From Minutocellus sp. GHC0000111 (Eukaryota): a stretch of 64,000 nucleotides of DNA. The stretch is from assembly GCA_977018835.1 (NCBI GenBank), contig OZ361257.1, forward strand, positions 3,286,001-3,350,000. Reading direction: 5' to 3'. The translations under genes were made by a program, and so were the position numbers. Below are positions 1 through 10,920 of the stretch, piece by piece. Position 1 is the stretch's first letter, and every line of letters starts with the position of its first letter. The notes below the pieces were generated by a model that was not told the DNA's origin, ran no database searches, and saw only the letters and a list, made by a program, of their open reading frames with translations.

Positions 1-186
1 GGTCTCCTCGGAATCCTCCATTGCGTGGAGAGCTGATATTCTTGTCACGAGAACAGCATGAGTCGATTGTTGTCTTCTTGCCATTATTCGTCTGCTGCTG
101 CTGCTGCTGCTCGACCAGGAGAGAGAGTCAGCTGTGTGCAGTTGTGCCACAGCTGTAGCAGCTGCAATCGTCAACCTCTTGTTCAT
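1..186 (-). CDS. 5' end of a gene running off the left edge; N-terminus looks like a signal/transit peptide
   Basis: ATG at 186 opens a frame to the window edge (MNKRLTIAAATAVAQLHTADSLSWSSSSSSRRIMARRQQ...). It is divergent from the gene at 409 and is not in the ORF track because it has no stop in the window. Confidence 0.5.
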   Translation of the reverse strand, partial: MNKRLTIAAATAVAQLHTADSLSWSSSSSSSRRIMARRQQSTHAVLVTRISALHAMEDSEET

Positions 187-408
187 ACTCTACTAGCACT
201 GGTGTCTTGTTGCCGAGCAAGCGTTGTGGTTCAATTGCCGTCTGGGCGGGAGCGCGGACGTCTGTCGTCGCTAATAACACTCCCGAACTAATTTCTTTCC
301 CCATATTTAGCCTCAACTCCTAAATTAGAGGAGTAATTATCAGGTGTGCACGCACGGCGCACGTCACTGTTCGTCGAGAACGATACGAGGCATGCCATTG
401 CAGCAACA

Positions 409-1113
409 ATGACGAGAATGATGTCTATCATTTTTATTGTCGTCTTTGTTGGCTGCATCTTTGTCGCCCCTACGGACGCCTTTGTGTCGCCTCTGGGTTT
501 CCAGCGTAATACAAAGTTGCAATTGTCAGCAACAGCAGCAACCGAGAGCAAGGCAACGCTCACGGAGGAGACTACGTGGAGATTTAGTCTCAACTGCTAT
601 GGATTGCCTACAAAGCAGGGCAAACGAGCTGATCAACTCTTCGTTTTGGAAACGCAATTCATCGAAGAGGAGGGTTATGAACCCCCCCAGGGATCATTGA
701 GGCAAATTGGCCTTAGCGCTCAAAGTGATGATTCAGAGAACGGCAATGGAAGTATCAATAGCAAGATTGAACTAGTTTCAAGTCGGTGGCAACTTTCTGA
801 GGATCCCAGCGAAAGGAAGGATGGCCTATGGGTTTGGGGGCTATTCAAGGAGCCCCTTTATCCGTTTTTGCTGCTACAGATGGAAATTAAGGAGATTCCA
901 TTGCCTGGAAGTGATGGAGACGCAATTAAACCGCTCAAGTTGTACGCTCAGCTTACTCACAAGCGTGATCGAGATACGGGAAATGTCGAACTTGGCGGTG
1001 CTCCTCTGAATGTACGAGAAGTTGAAACGATCAAAGCGGATCCTTTCGGAGCGGCAAAGGTTGATATTTATGACGAAATTGACGTGGGGAGATTGAATGT
1101 TTCGCCTCTTTAA
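409..1113 (+). CDS. Uncharacterised, probably plastid-targeted protein
   Basis: First ATG at 409. Hydrophobic signal ends TDA-FVSP (ASAFAP-like) and is followed by a globular region (FIEEEGYEPPQG, WQLSEDP..RKDGLWVWGLFKEPLYPF). Confidence 0.75.
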   Translation: MTRMMSIIFIVVFVGCIFVAPTDAFVSPLGFQRNTKLQLSATAATESKATLTEETTWRFSLNCYGLPTKQGKRADQLFVLETQFIEEEGYEPPQGSLRQIGLSAQSDDSENGNGSINSKIELVSSRWQLSEDPSERKDGLWVWGLFKEPLYPFLLLQMEIKEIPLPGSDGDAIKPLKLYAQLTHKRDRDTGNVELGGAPLNVREVETIKADPFGAAKVDIYDEIDVGRLNVSPL

Positions 1114-1251
1114 AAGTCATGTGCTGTAAAAAAACATTTTTACACATTTCTATATGCCATGGAGTTTAATTTTTATGTAGACGTAAGGGAGTATGCAAAT
1201 TAAGGTCCAAACACATCATATTGACATGCAAAATTGCAACCACCAATAAAC

Positions 1252-2396
1252 TTATTGCTCGGTCTTCTTTTCGGCGTCGGCATCTACGGCTGCTTCTTCT
1301 GCTTCAGGCTTGTCAGTCAAATAATCCGCATTTATCTTTCGTCCCAAGTGCCAGGCCGAGCTACCAAACAGAGCAACATTGACACTGCACAGCGTGTAGT
1401 TGATTGGGGTCACGAGCAGAGAATATCTACTGAAAAAGAAACCAGTCAAAGTCAATGCAGTGTACTGGGCGATGGAGATCTTATCCGTCGGCCTGTTGAG
1501 ATCCATAAACGATGCGCCACTGATCAGCCACTTCGACATTGGAGCCCAGAAGTGCACGGTGAATGGACCGGCATCGGCAGCTGCAATGCTTGAGATGATG
1601 CCAAGATTGGCTCCGCTTAGCATGGACTGGAGCGTAGGGCCAAGAACAACAAAGGCGCCGGCACCTGCGGCAGTGGCGGCAGCCTTGGCGGTAATGTCTT
1701 TCACCTGCTCGGTCTCTCCCTGGTCCATCTTGTAATCAAGAGCGCGGCGCATCTGGTTGCACTGAGCAACGACATTGGTCACGTGGCATCCACACAGAAG
1801 CATGTTGCGTGGTTTGACAATGTAGGCCCATCGAGCGAACAGGGAGGAATACACAATAAGAACTCCAGTCATGTTCAACGATATGATTTCCGGCCCTTGG
1901 TTGACGGCATCGGATATGACCGCACCAGACACTGCATGTTGGTTGATGAAAAGGCGGAAATTAGAGGGGTAATAAGAATGTATGTCGTGAGTGGACTGCG
2001 AGATCTGACCATGGCATAAGTGCATACGCAAAATGCCGATAAATCACAATTGCCCGAAGAAAATACGAGTTCCAATTTATATCATCAAGAAAGCAACTCA
2101 CTGCCCCATCCGGCCAAAGCTCCGAGACCGCCCCAAAATTCGGCCGAATGCCACCAACTGCCCTTCTTCTCCTCGGCGGCGGTGGGAGGTGCCTCGGCCT
2201 TGGCCTTGTTGGCGGACGCTGCCGTATCCTTGGCAGCCGCATCTGTGGTCTCCTGCTTGGCCTTGTCGGAGAGGAGCAGGCGCTGGTACATGGGCCCGCC
2301 GTTCGTCGCCTTGCGGGAGGCGAGCGGCACGACGCGCACCCGAAGGGCGGCGCTTCCGCCTCTGGTCAAAGCGGTGCGAGCGGCGGTGCAGAACAT
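1252..2396 (-). CDS. MPC: Mitochondrial pyruvate carrier with two MPC domains in one chain; exons 2396-2102 and 1931-1252
   Basis: GT-AG intron 2101-1932 restores HSAEFWGGLGALAGWGMSGAVISDA..GPEIISLNMT..RWAYIVKPRNMLLCGCHVTN (MPC1-like). Second unit is AGPFTVHFWAPMSKW..DLNRPTDKIS..RYSLLVTPINYTLCSVN (MPC2-like). Arg/Ala-rich presequence. Confidence 0.9.
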
Positions 2397-2715
2397 GGTT
2401 CAGTTGAACTTGTGGTGACTGTGATGGATGGCCGATGGCCGTAGAAGGAGTTCTTAGTGGCCTTGGAGTTTAGTTTAGTGCCTGTCATCACCAACGATGA
2501 AAAAATCGAAGCCAACCATGGCCAAACTCCGTGTAGGCAAATTGCGGCTGCCGGCGCATAGAAGACGAGCAAACAAAAAGCAACGACAAGGCCACGCACC
2601 GCGGAGTGAATGCATGCCAACCTGACAGGGATGCCGATGCATGTATAGGGATCCCTAGATTCTGTTTCCAGAGTGGCCGTTTCTCCCCATCCAGCATCGT
2701 ATTGCACTTTTTACA

Positions 2716-3561
2716 ATGCTGGACCAAAAATTTGCCGATGCCCGATATCTGGATGAGACGATGGATCAGCCGTACCAGCAGCAATGCACCCTCCTCGGAG
2801 GTCCATACGAGATCTATATTCAATTCTTCCTGGCAATAACAGCTGTGGCGGCTCTCGTTTATAAGCGGAGTATTGAGAGCGATCAGCGCTCTTGGCTGGT
2901 GTGGTCGTTGGACTGTTCCAAACAGGCATATGCGTCGGCGCTCCAGCACATCACCAACATGATTTTGGGCGTCCTGTTTGCCCGTGGGGGTACCGCCAGT
3001 GAATGCATTTGGTATCTTGTGAATTTTACAATAACGGTGGCATGTGGCCTGGTCTTATTGTCATTGGCCATGCGTCTTTACAATTACATCGTGGAACGAA
3101 ATCAATGGACTCTGCTACGAACAGGAGAGTATGGTACCCCACCGCTATCATGGAAACAATCATGGAAACCCTGGTTGGCGCAAACATTGGTATGGGGCTT
3201 GTTGGCCAGTGCTGAAAAAATTGTTACGGCATTTGTTGTTATTCTGCCGCTGAGAAGTGTTTTGGATAGTGTCGCATCGGCTTTGGAAGCACCGTTTGTG
3301 GGCCGACCGCGTCTAGAACTACTGCTGACAATGGTGATAGGACCCATGTTGCTCAATGCGTTGTTTTATTGGGTGATTGATGGTCTAATAATGCGCAAGA
3401 GGGCCCGCGGTGCGTCCCATCAAGAGATTGGAGAGGCCGTTATTTCAAGTAAGGCACAAAAGGGAATCAACTTTGATGATGAGCAGAAGTCAAGGCAAGA
3501 GTACCAATTTATGAGCGAAGCTCCGTCCGAGCCGCAAGGAGAAAGACATGTTGTTGTATGA
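2716..3561 (+). CDS. STIMATE/TMEM110-like multi-pass membrane protein
   Basis: QCTLLGG..IQ..LVYKR..E...RSWLVWSLDCSKQ, ECIWYLVNF, LRTGEYGTPP, W..Q...W and LLLTMVIGP..NALFYWVID motifs; several TM segments. Confidence 0.75.
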   Translation: MLDQKFADARYLDETMDQPYQQQCTLLGGPYEIYIQFFLAITAVAALVYKRSIESDQRSWLVWSLDCSKQAYASALQHITNMILGVLFARGGTASECIWYLVNFTITVACGLVLLSLAMRLYNYIVERNQWTLLRTGEYGTPPLSWKQSWKPWLAQTLVWGLLASAEKIVTAFVVILPLRSVLDSVASALEAPFVGRPRLELLLTMVIGPMLLNALFYWVIDGLIMRKRARGASHQEIGEAVISSKAQKGINFDDEQKSRQEYQFMSEAPSEPQGERHVVV

Positions 3562-3893
3562 TAATGAATTTAACGGTCTAATGTAGATCATACATGAGCT
3601 CCACGAGTTGGCATGACGGCGAGATGCATCTATCTGCCGCCAATGCGATGTTGAGAATCGAGCGGTCCTTTTCTCCGTTTCCCGTCTCTGAAATTTCGAT
3701 ATCCAACTTGACCAACACAAAGATGCCACAAATATATCCCCGTTTATATTACCACCATACACGTATATCACATACGTTTAGTTCTGCTCCGGCTATTGTT
3801 CCGGTCCAATCGATCAATTCCGACATCGACAATCGAACCATTCCGACATTCCATGCTTCCATGCCCTCAACATTGCTTAATCCGCGTTGCGAT

Positions 3894-4440
3894 CTACAAT
3901 ATCGTGCACCACTCGCACTCGCCGGGTGTGATGGAATTGAACGTCGAACAGTTGGCGCATCTCCAGCTTGTTGCTTTGTCGGGGAGGTCATATGGCTGTC
4001 ATTGAGATAAATGCGAAAAGCAAAGGGGTTGATGAGAATTGGCACGTCGAAGGAACGCACGGTACGAACGGACGCAACTATCGTCTAGCTAAAACTACGT
4101 AACAATCAACGTGCCGCCCAACGCTCGTGGAACCAAAATTTATTTCTGCACAGAATTGATCATCGCACAACCCGCAATTTTTGGATAATCGGATACGTCG
4201 TAATTGGTCCAAGCCAAGTCCGTGACGCTTTGGTTGATTCGGTCTACGAATCATGCTTTATATATTGATTGATTTCCAGGAAACCAACACCAAGAAACCC
4301 ACCGCATGGCATTTGGAACAGTAGTAACGAGAGTGGCCCGGTGGGATCGGAGGACCGGTCTGCTGCGGACCGCCGGCCGATGCTACCGGCTCGGCCGTCA
4401 CGGCGATCTGTGCTTCGTTCTTCTCGTCCTTTTCGGTCAT
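3894..4440 (-). CDS. 79-aa protein with a CxxC..CxxC zinc ribbon and C-terminal CaaX; exons 4440-4303 and 3995-3894
   Basis: Phase-0 GT-AG intron 4302-3996 joins ...RYYCSKCHA to PYDLPDKATSWRCANCSTFNSITPGECEWCTIL*. Confidence 0.75.
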
Positions 4441-4697
4441 GGTTGCTGTTTTATGCTTCGCTCTGAGATGAAGGCAGAGCGGCCGAGCGACCGAGCGAAG
4501 CAAGCCAGCGAAGATGCTGGAACACTTTCTTTATTACGGTGACAAGGTCGAAGTGACGACACACGGAATGCGCAATCGGCTGGCGCGCGTGTGGCGTTGG
4601 CGTGCTGGAAGTTTGACTGATGATCGACTGGCTGCATCTTATTATTATTGTTCGTGCAGCTCGGCTTGCAGAACCAAGCGCAAGAACACTCTCAAGT

Positions 4698-7001
4698 ATG
4701 TCCTCGGCCCCTCTCTCGGCGGCGTCGGCTGCCAGGGCGCGCAACCGACAAGCAGCAGGAGGGGGACAACCCGTCCCATCATCGACTTCTCGCTCGCGCG
4801 ATGCTGCGTCGGCCCTATCGGATCGGCGCCGGAGACGAAGAGGGGAAGACGATGGGGGTACTACAGCACGTAGGCCTGGCAGTGGGAAGCGGTCCGCTTC
4901 GACGACGGGTCGGTCGGAGAATGGTGCCCGTGACGGTGGCAACCCATTCGCTTTTACGCCGGTGCCGCAGCAGCGAGCATCGTCCCAACGGCGAGCAGAG
5001 CAGCACGAGAATTTGGTCCGAGGAATTCTGCACAAGCGTCGCGATCATCTGACGTATGGGTCATCGGCGTGGCGGCCCCGTCTGTTCGTTCTCGATAAGT
5101 CCAACAAGACGCTGACATATTACCTCCTATCATCGTCGTCAAGACGACGGGAGGCCGACAACAGTCGGGCCGGGGGTATACCCACGACGCCGATTCCGGT
5201 TCGGAGCAATGCCGATTCGCCCTCCGTGGGGATGCAGACCCCTGCGTTTAGTAGTTGTAGTAGTAGCCCTGCCACCACCGATCCGCATCCGTTGGATGCC
5301 ACCATTGATGCACTGAGCCTCGATGTAAATCCCCGTGGAGTAATTTCGCTGCGGAACTGCATTGTTCGAGCAGTGGATGATGCCTCTGTTGACGCCACCA
5401 TGCGAACTCCAGGACGGCCGAGAAATCTGCAACAGGGCGGCCACGAGGGCAGGCTTTTTGGGATGGTTCTGTCGCCGAAAAGGCAGAGGCGACAGGGAGG
5501 TTCGGCCAATGCAGCTACAGCGTCGGAAATCAAGAATGACATCTATCTGGCGACCGCGACTGAAGACGATCGGAATCAATGGCTACGCCATCTTGCCGTG
5601 GCGTGTGGAATGGCTACAAGTCCGGTGCCAGGAGGGTTGAGGTCCGCATCGGCTCCGCCGCCTTCAGTTGGTAGGAGAAGGGAAGCAATAGAGGCTCGAG
5701 AAGAGCAGGTCATTGGTGGAACATCCAAAGATGGAAGTAATGTGGGGGGCTCTGGTGAGGTAAAAGACACTGTTGCAACAGACACTACAAGACTACCACA
5801 AACTCCTGAGATGCAACGAAATCGCCCGCCCCCATCTGCAGTCGCTACACCCGTGACATTAAGCACGCCTCTAAGATCTGCGGCGAGACGTATCTTTAGC
5901 ACCCCGTCAGCCGTTGCATCAGAGAGTGAAGCTGGTAGCAGTACCGTGAGCCGTGCTTCAATCACATCGCGGTTGGGGACAAGTGCTATCGGCGGGGTGA
6001 CAGCAGTGAAGAATACCGACTTTTCGGTGTCGAATTTGCCTTTCCCACATCTTGTCAAGGTTGCGGGCGTCCTGTTGGCTCCGCCGATTTTTGTTCGTTT
6101 CGTACGAATTGTCGCCCCACTATCACTATTCTCTGGTGCTCTGCCGCAGCTTTTTCTATTTATTTTCCTGGTGCGTTGGTCCATTCAACAAATTGTCCTT
6201 GCGCGATATCTTGGACGCCCTCTTGCTAGTCGAGGCGCCTTGCATGGACCCGTAGCATGCCGCATTGCTGTTGATTTGAGGGGCGTGCTCCGTTTCATTG
6301 GCAACAAGAGAGAGGAGCGCACTCCTCTTCACAGTGCAGATGTCTCATCTTCTCTGAGCCATGTCTCTGTGACTCATATAGTGGCAAAGGCAGTGGCAGC
6401 AGCCTTATCTGAGGTGGCGCCAGAACTTAATTGTCGCTACAGAACTTCTTCTCTTCTTGGCATACAAGGGTGGTATCAAGACCAGGGCGGTGTCACCGTG
6501 TCCGTTGTCTCGACCTCCAGTCAGCGCGTCTCAACTGTTGAAAAGGCAGAAGATTGCACCGTTCAAGAAATTGCAGATCAAGTTTGGAAAAACCAACGCG
6601 AGGAAACTGATAGGGCGGCTGGGATACCGAGTTTGGATCGAAAGGCGATAGGTGAATATGCATCGAATATTCTCTCATTTCTGATAAACTTATTTTGTGT
6701 AGCAGAGGAAGAAGCTTGTTCCAGTAGCTGCCTCATTTATTCCAGCCCAGACTCGGAGAATAATGAGGTTGACATCGATGTCGCACCGAGACCCGAAAGT
6801 GGCACTGCTCCAATTGTTGTCATTGTTGGAGGCGTCCGAGTGATAGACAGAGACCCGAGAAATGCTTCTTCTCGGCAATCGCGGCGGCCAATGCTTTCCG
6901 TTTCCATTACCATCGATTGCCCTATGTCCAGCATCGCAAAATGTCGCAAATTTGCCGAGAAGGTGCAAACGTTGATACAATTTCCGGAAATGTGTGAGTG
7001 A
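4698..7001 (+). CDS. PH domain + hydrophobic segment + degenerate 2-oxoacid dehydrogenase E2 acyltransferase-like domain
   Basis: PH: RGILHKR..WRPRLFVL..LTYY..PRGVISL..YLATATEDDRNQWLRHL. C-terminal: VSVTHIVAKAVAAALSE..PELN, VEKAEDCTVQEIA, LSVSITIDC..FAEKVQTLIQFPE. Confidence 0.75.
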   Translation: MSSAPLSAASAARARNRQAAGGGQPVPSSTSRSRDAASALSDRRRRRRGEDDGGTTARRPGSGKRSASTTGRSENGARDGGNPFAFTPVPQQRASSQRRAEQHENLVRGILHKRRDHLTYGSSAWRPRLFVLDKSNKTLTYYLLSSSSRRREADNSRAGGIPTTPIPVRSNADSPSVGMQTPAFSSCSSSPATTDPHPLDATIDALSLDVNPRGVISLRNCIVRAVDDASVDATMRTPGRPRNLQQGGHEGRLFGMVLSPKRQRRQGGSANAATASEIKNDIYLATATEDDRNQWLRHLAVACGMATSPVPGGLRSASAPPPSVGRRREAIEAREEQVIGGTSKDGSNVGGSGEVKDTVATDTTRLPQTPEMQRNRPPPSAVATPVTLSTPLRSAARRIFSTPSAVASESEAGSSTVSRASITSRLGTSAIGGVTAVKNTDFSVSNLPFPHLVKVAGVLLAPPIFVRFVRIVAPLSLFSGALPQLFLFIFLVRWSIQQIVLARYLGRPLASRGALHGPVACRIAVDLRGVLRFIGNKREERTPLHSADVSSSLSHVSVTHIVAKAVAAALSEVAPELNCRYRTSSLLGIQGWYQDQGGVTVSVVSTSSQRVSTVEKAEDCTVQEIADQVWKNQREETDRAAGIPSLDRKAIGEYASNILSFLINLFCVAEEEACSSSCLIYSSPDSENNEVDIDVAPRPESGTAPIVVIVGGVRVIDRDPRNASSRQSRRPMLSVSITIDCPMSSIAKCRKFAEKVQTLIQFPEMCE

Positions 7002-7239
7002 GGCGACGGATCAGGTGGACGTAGCTCTTATTGTTGAGAAATAATTGCACCATCGATTTATCCCCTATTAATATCAATGCCCGGCCTACGTAAAGGGTGG
7101 CCATTCTGCACATGCCTTCAATTTTTAAGTAATCCTTTAGCTATTTTTACATTACTTTTCGATACCGCCAAACCTATTGATACTTGCGTTTGCTCTTTTT
7201 GTTGATACTGCGTAATAATCCAATTTGAATCCCTGGCAC

Positions 7240-9557
7240 TCACTCAGCATTCTCCCACCTGCGCCATCCCGAGGACGTGTGGGTTGGCAAAGGCACATTG
7301 GGCATACCCTCTGGAACGGTTCCCGTGGACGCCAGATTCTGCAGCCAAAGATCCATATTGGTAAGGCAGCCACATGCCAAATCGCATACCTCTTTACTGC
7401 TTTCGCTAGAATGGGCAAGTGTGATCAATGTTGCCACGACATTTGGAGCACTGCTGAGAGGAACGACGGTTCCGGGCTCGGTGGAAATATTGACAAAGGC
7501 GGAAAGAGCGGCGATTTGCTCCGTCGTATTATCATGTCGAAGGGAAGAAACTCGTAGCTGCTTCAGAATTGACGCTTCAGACATGGGAATTTTATTGTGT
7601 GCTTCCGATGTGAGATTCTGCAGTGACAAGAGGGACCAGTTTCAATCTTCATCTGTCTTGCTTTTGGCACAACGAAGGAGTGTGTCAATGACACCATCTC
7701 TCCTTGCAAGGGCTGCATTATTCCCAGGGAAACGAGTGACCATGCATATGAGCTCGAGGCATCTGGTGTGGATAGGGTCATTGAATTTTTCGCCCACCAC
7801 AAGTGTATTCTCGACGAAAATTTCGTGCTCACATAGGATTGGCGACACAGGACAGTGCTTCGAAAGATGAAGAAGAGCTGCGCAGGCGCTCATCCTGCTC
7901 TTTGCAAGGAACTCTTCGTACTTGCCCCGATTTTGCTCTCTCATACCATTGCTAGATCCGTTGTTGTCAGAAGCAATAACATTCTTGAGGGGCCTTCTGG
8001 CATCCCTTGGGCCACGGCCTTCGTCTTGAGAGGAAAAGTCCTCGTCGCTTTCGTCAAACGTTCCATAATCAGAATTACTTGACAAACCAGAATGACTAGA
8101 TGATGAGGAATCATCATCCTCGTCGTCGTAGTCGTCCTCGGTGTCAGCCCTCCTGCGATACTTGCCCCTTCCTTTGCGTTTTCCCTTCAGCCCTTCCTTC
8201 AGCTGTTCCATCTCTTCATAGTCCATGCTAAGGAGTCGTTCAACTCCTCCCTCGCCGGCGACAATCTTATCATCTGCCTTGGCATCGCTTCCGCCTTGGT
8301 CATCCTTTGGATAATTGAATTCTCCCTTCAACAGCTTGCTAAGAACCGTGATCAACCTCGGCGTCTTGGCCATCATCTGCCTATTCTCCTTGGTCTTGGC
8401 GCATGTAGCTACGACGGCACTTGCCAACATTCTGGCCTCTGACGCATCCTCTTCCATCACCTTGACCAATGCATCTAAAAGACCTGGGTGATGGCATGCT
8501 CGCAGGCGGTTCTCCTTGGGCTGGCAGAGGAGGAGCATCAAACTAACGCTTCGAGTCCGGGCATCGAGCGCCGTGTTGTATTGTCCCTGCCAATGCCCTG
8601 TGACTTGTCCAAAATGGGAGTGTGGTTGGCAGCATTGGTGAGCGCATCAAGAACAACGATAGTCCGAACAAGTTTGATTGGCATGGTCTTCTTGCCGTCG
8701 GCACTCGACGATGCCAGTACTCGAAGAGCCCCGATGGCATTTGCCCGCCTTGCCATAGATGGCGACTGTGCCGCATCAATCAGAGCCAAAAGCTGATCAT
8801 TTGGGACAATATTCGGCGGATCGATCTTTGGGGTGGGCAGTGTGTGCTCTGCGATGATCTCTTCGGGAGAACGAGAAGGAGGCGCGAGAGTTGGTTGGGG
8901 ATAGGGATTCCTCATCTTGATGGCACGGTCGGCGGGATCAGTAACAATGAGAGATGGGTCCTTCAGGGCTGGTTTCTTCTTTTGGCTCATTGGCTTGGGC
9001 GACCTCTTCGACTTGGGCGTGGGAGTGGTGGCTGCTGCCTCCTTGGTATCATTCGTCCAATTCACCGTCTTGGCTGCACCGCTGCTAGGAGGCGTCGTGT
9101 CGTCGCTTCCCTTATTCATAACACCATCTCTATCTTCGATGTTGTTGATGGAAGTATCAATCTTGAGCTCGTCAATCTTTTCCGTGACTTGATCCGCTTT
9201 AGCAGACTCTCCCTCAATGACAATATCATCATCAGTGTTGACTTTGGCGGGCTCCTCGTCCTTCTCCTCGACCTCGTCCTCGTCCTGCGCCTTTTCATTG
9301 GATTCTTGCTCAGTTTTGGACTCCTCGTCGGCCCAATCGTCAAATGACATCTCGACGTCGGGCTCCGGCTCGCTACCGTCGTCATCGTCGCCAAACGACT
9401 CTTCCTCAATGTCAGCTTCTGATGGCGAAGCATCTGCTTTATTTTCCTCTTCTCCACCCTCCTCATTATGCCCGCCATCGCTGCCATCGAAGCTAACATT
9501 TGGCTCTGGCTCGTCGCCGTCAATCTCATCAATATCCTTCGTTGAATTTGACGACAT
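7240..9557 (-). CDS. Armadillo-type helical repeat protein with acidic disordered N-terminus; frameshift near 8583 and in-frame TGA at 7642-7644
   Basis: Three ORF-track segments join into one reading (PGLLDALVKVM, ACAALLHLSK, LLSLQNLT, ALSAFVNIS, ACGCLTNM). The 7642 and 7240 ORFs are in the same frame across one TGA. Confidence 0.65.
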
Positions 9558-9968
9558 GGTGGTGGGTCTGCCTCGCTCGTGTGAGCCCTCAGTTACGTGT
9601 GGTTTCTTCGTGCTTTCGTCTCGTTCCACTTATGTGCAACGTTTGACCAGCAAAATACCGTCGTCTTCCTTCTCTCTTGCGTTATCGCAAGCGAGCGCTA
9701 GCCTTGTATGTATCGGCCTGCTATGCTGGTCTTCCCTCCAGCAACGACTAGCTAGGGAGCCTCGCTGAAATTTTGGCGGAAAGAGGTCTGCAGGTCTGCA
9801 TGTCTGATATCCGGGGGAGCTCTACTTACTTGCCAGATTTGGGGGGGAATCATCATCAGAAATGGCTGACTCACTGACGATTTTGATGAGGCGGCAGCCG
9901 TAGCCAGGCGGCGTAGGCAATCCCAAGTGGTGCATAATATGTGCTGAATCATCATTACTCTATTAGCC

Positions 9969-10838
9969 ATGCGCTCTTTTGCACGCCCAGTCCTCTCGGC
10001 AGCCGCCCTCGTCCTCTCGACGGGTGCTGCTCGCGTCGCTGCTCTGTCGACCGCCGCGACGCCCAAGGAGGTGGCAGTGTTCGGCGGCACCGGATACGTG
10101 GGATCGGCTGTCTGCGAGAGACTTGCCGCCCGTGGCCATACCGTCACTGCCCTCAGCCGCCGTGGGATCAACCCCAAGCCCAACGACGAGAACTTGAGCA
10201 AGGTAACTTGGATTGCTGGCGATGCCACGGATCCCAAGACGGTCAAGAATCTCATCAACAACAATGACGCTGCCGTCCATGCCGTGGGACTGCTCTTCGA
10301 TGTAGACAGTGGTTTGGCCCAGTTCAACACCATCGTTAGCGGCAGTGGATCGCTCCCCGGAGACAGCAGTACCTACGACGCCATCACCCGCCAGACCATG
10401 TTCAACGTCATCGATGCCATCGAGAAGAAGCCCAGCCTCCCCTTCGCCAACAATGGCAAGTATCCCCTGGCCTTCGTTTCCTGCGCCGAGGCTGGATGGC
10501 CCGATGTGCCGGGTGGGACGTTTGTCGATGAGAAGCTCGCGCCCGAATGGCTCAAGAGGTATTTGGTCGCCAAGCGCGCCGTGGAGGCTCGATTGACCTC
10601 GTCGTCCAAGATCCGGGCATGCATGATGAGACCCTCGCTGATCTGGGACTGGACCAAGTACGATGTCCTCCCGGCGATTCCCATCTTCAACATTGCCAGC
10701 GCCATTGGAGTACCCTTCGTTGATAAGACGGTGCGTGTCGAAACTCTGGCCGATGCCATTGTGCAGTGCATCGAGGATAATGATCTTGAAGGCGTGCAGA
10801 GATACATGCAGATGGAGGAGCTTGCGAAGAGAGCTTGA
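9969..10838 (+). CDS. NAD(P)-dependent epimerase/dehydratase-like Rossmann-fold protein (atypical SDR) with targeting presequence
   Basis: VAVFGGTGYVG nucleotide-binding motif, VTALSRRG, YLVAKRAVE (YxxxK), MRPSLI. Confidence 0.85.
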   Translation: MRSFARPVLSAAALVLSTGAARVAALSTAATPKEVAVFGGTGYVGSAVCERLAARGHTVTALSRRGINPKPNDENLSKVTWIAGDATDPKTVKNLINNNDAAVHAVGLLFDVDSGLAQFNTIVSGSGSLPGDSSTYDAITRQTMFNVIDAIEKKPSLPFANNGKYPLAFVSCAEAGWPDVPGGTFVDEKLAPEWLKRYLVAKRAVEARLTSSSKIRACMMRPSLIWDWTKYDVLPAIPIFNIASAIGVPFVDKTVRVETLADAIVQCIEDNDLEGVQRYMQMEELAKRA

Positions 10839-10920
10839 AAAATTCTAGATATATAATATGAAGTAAAATGGACAGACGAAGATATTTCTTACGATCTTAG
10901 CTTATCCTACATATATATAT

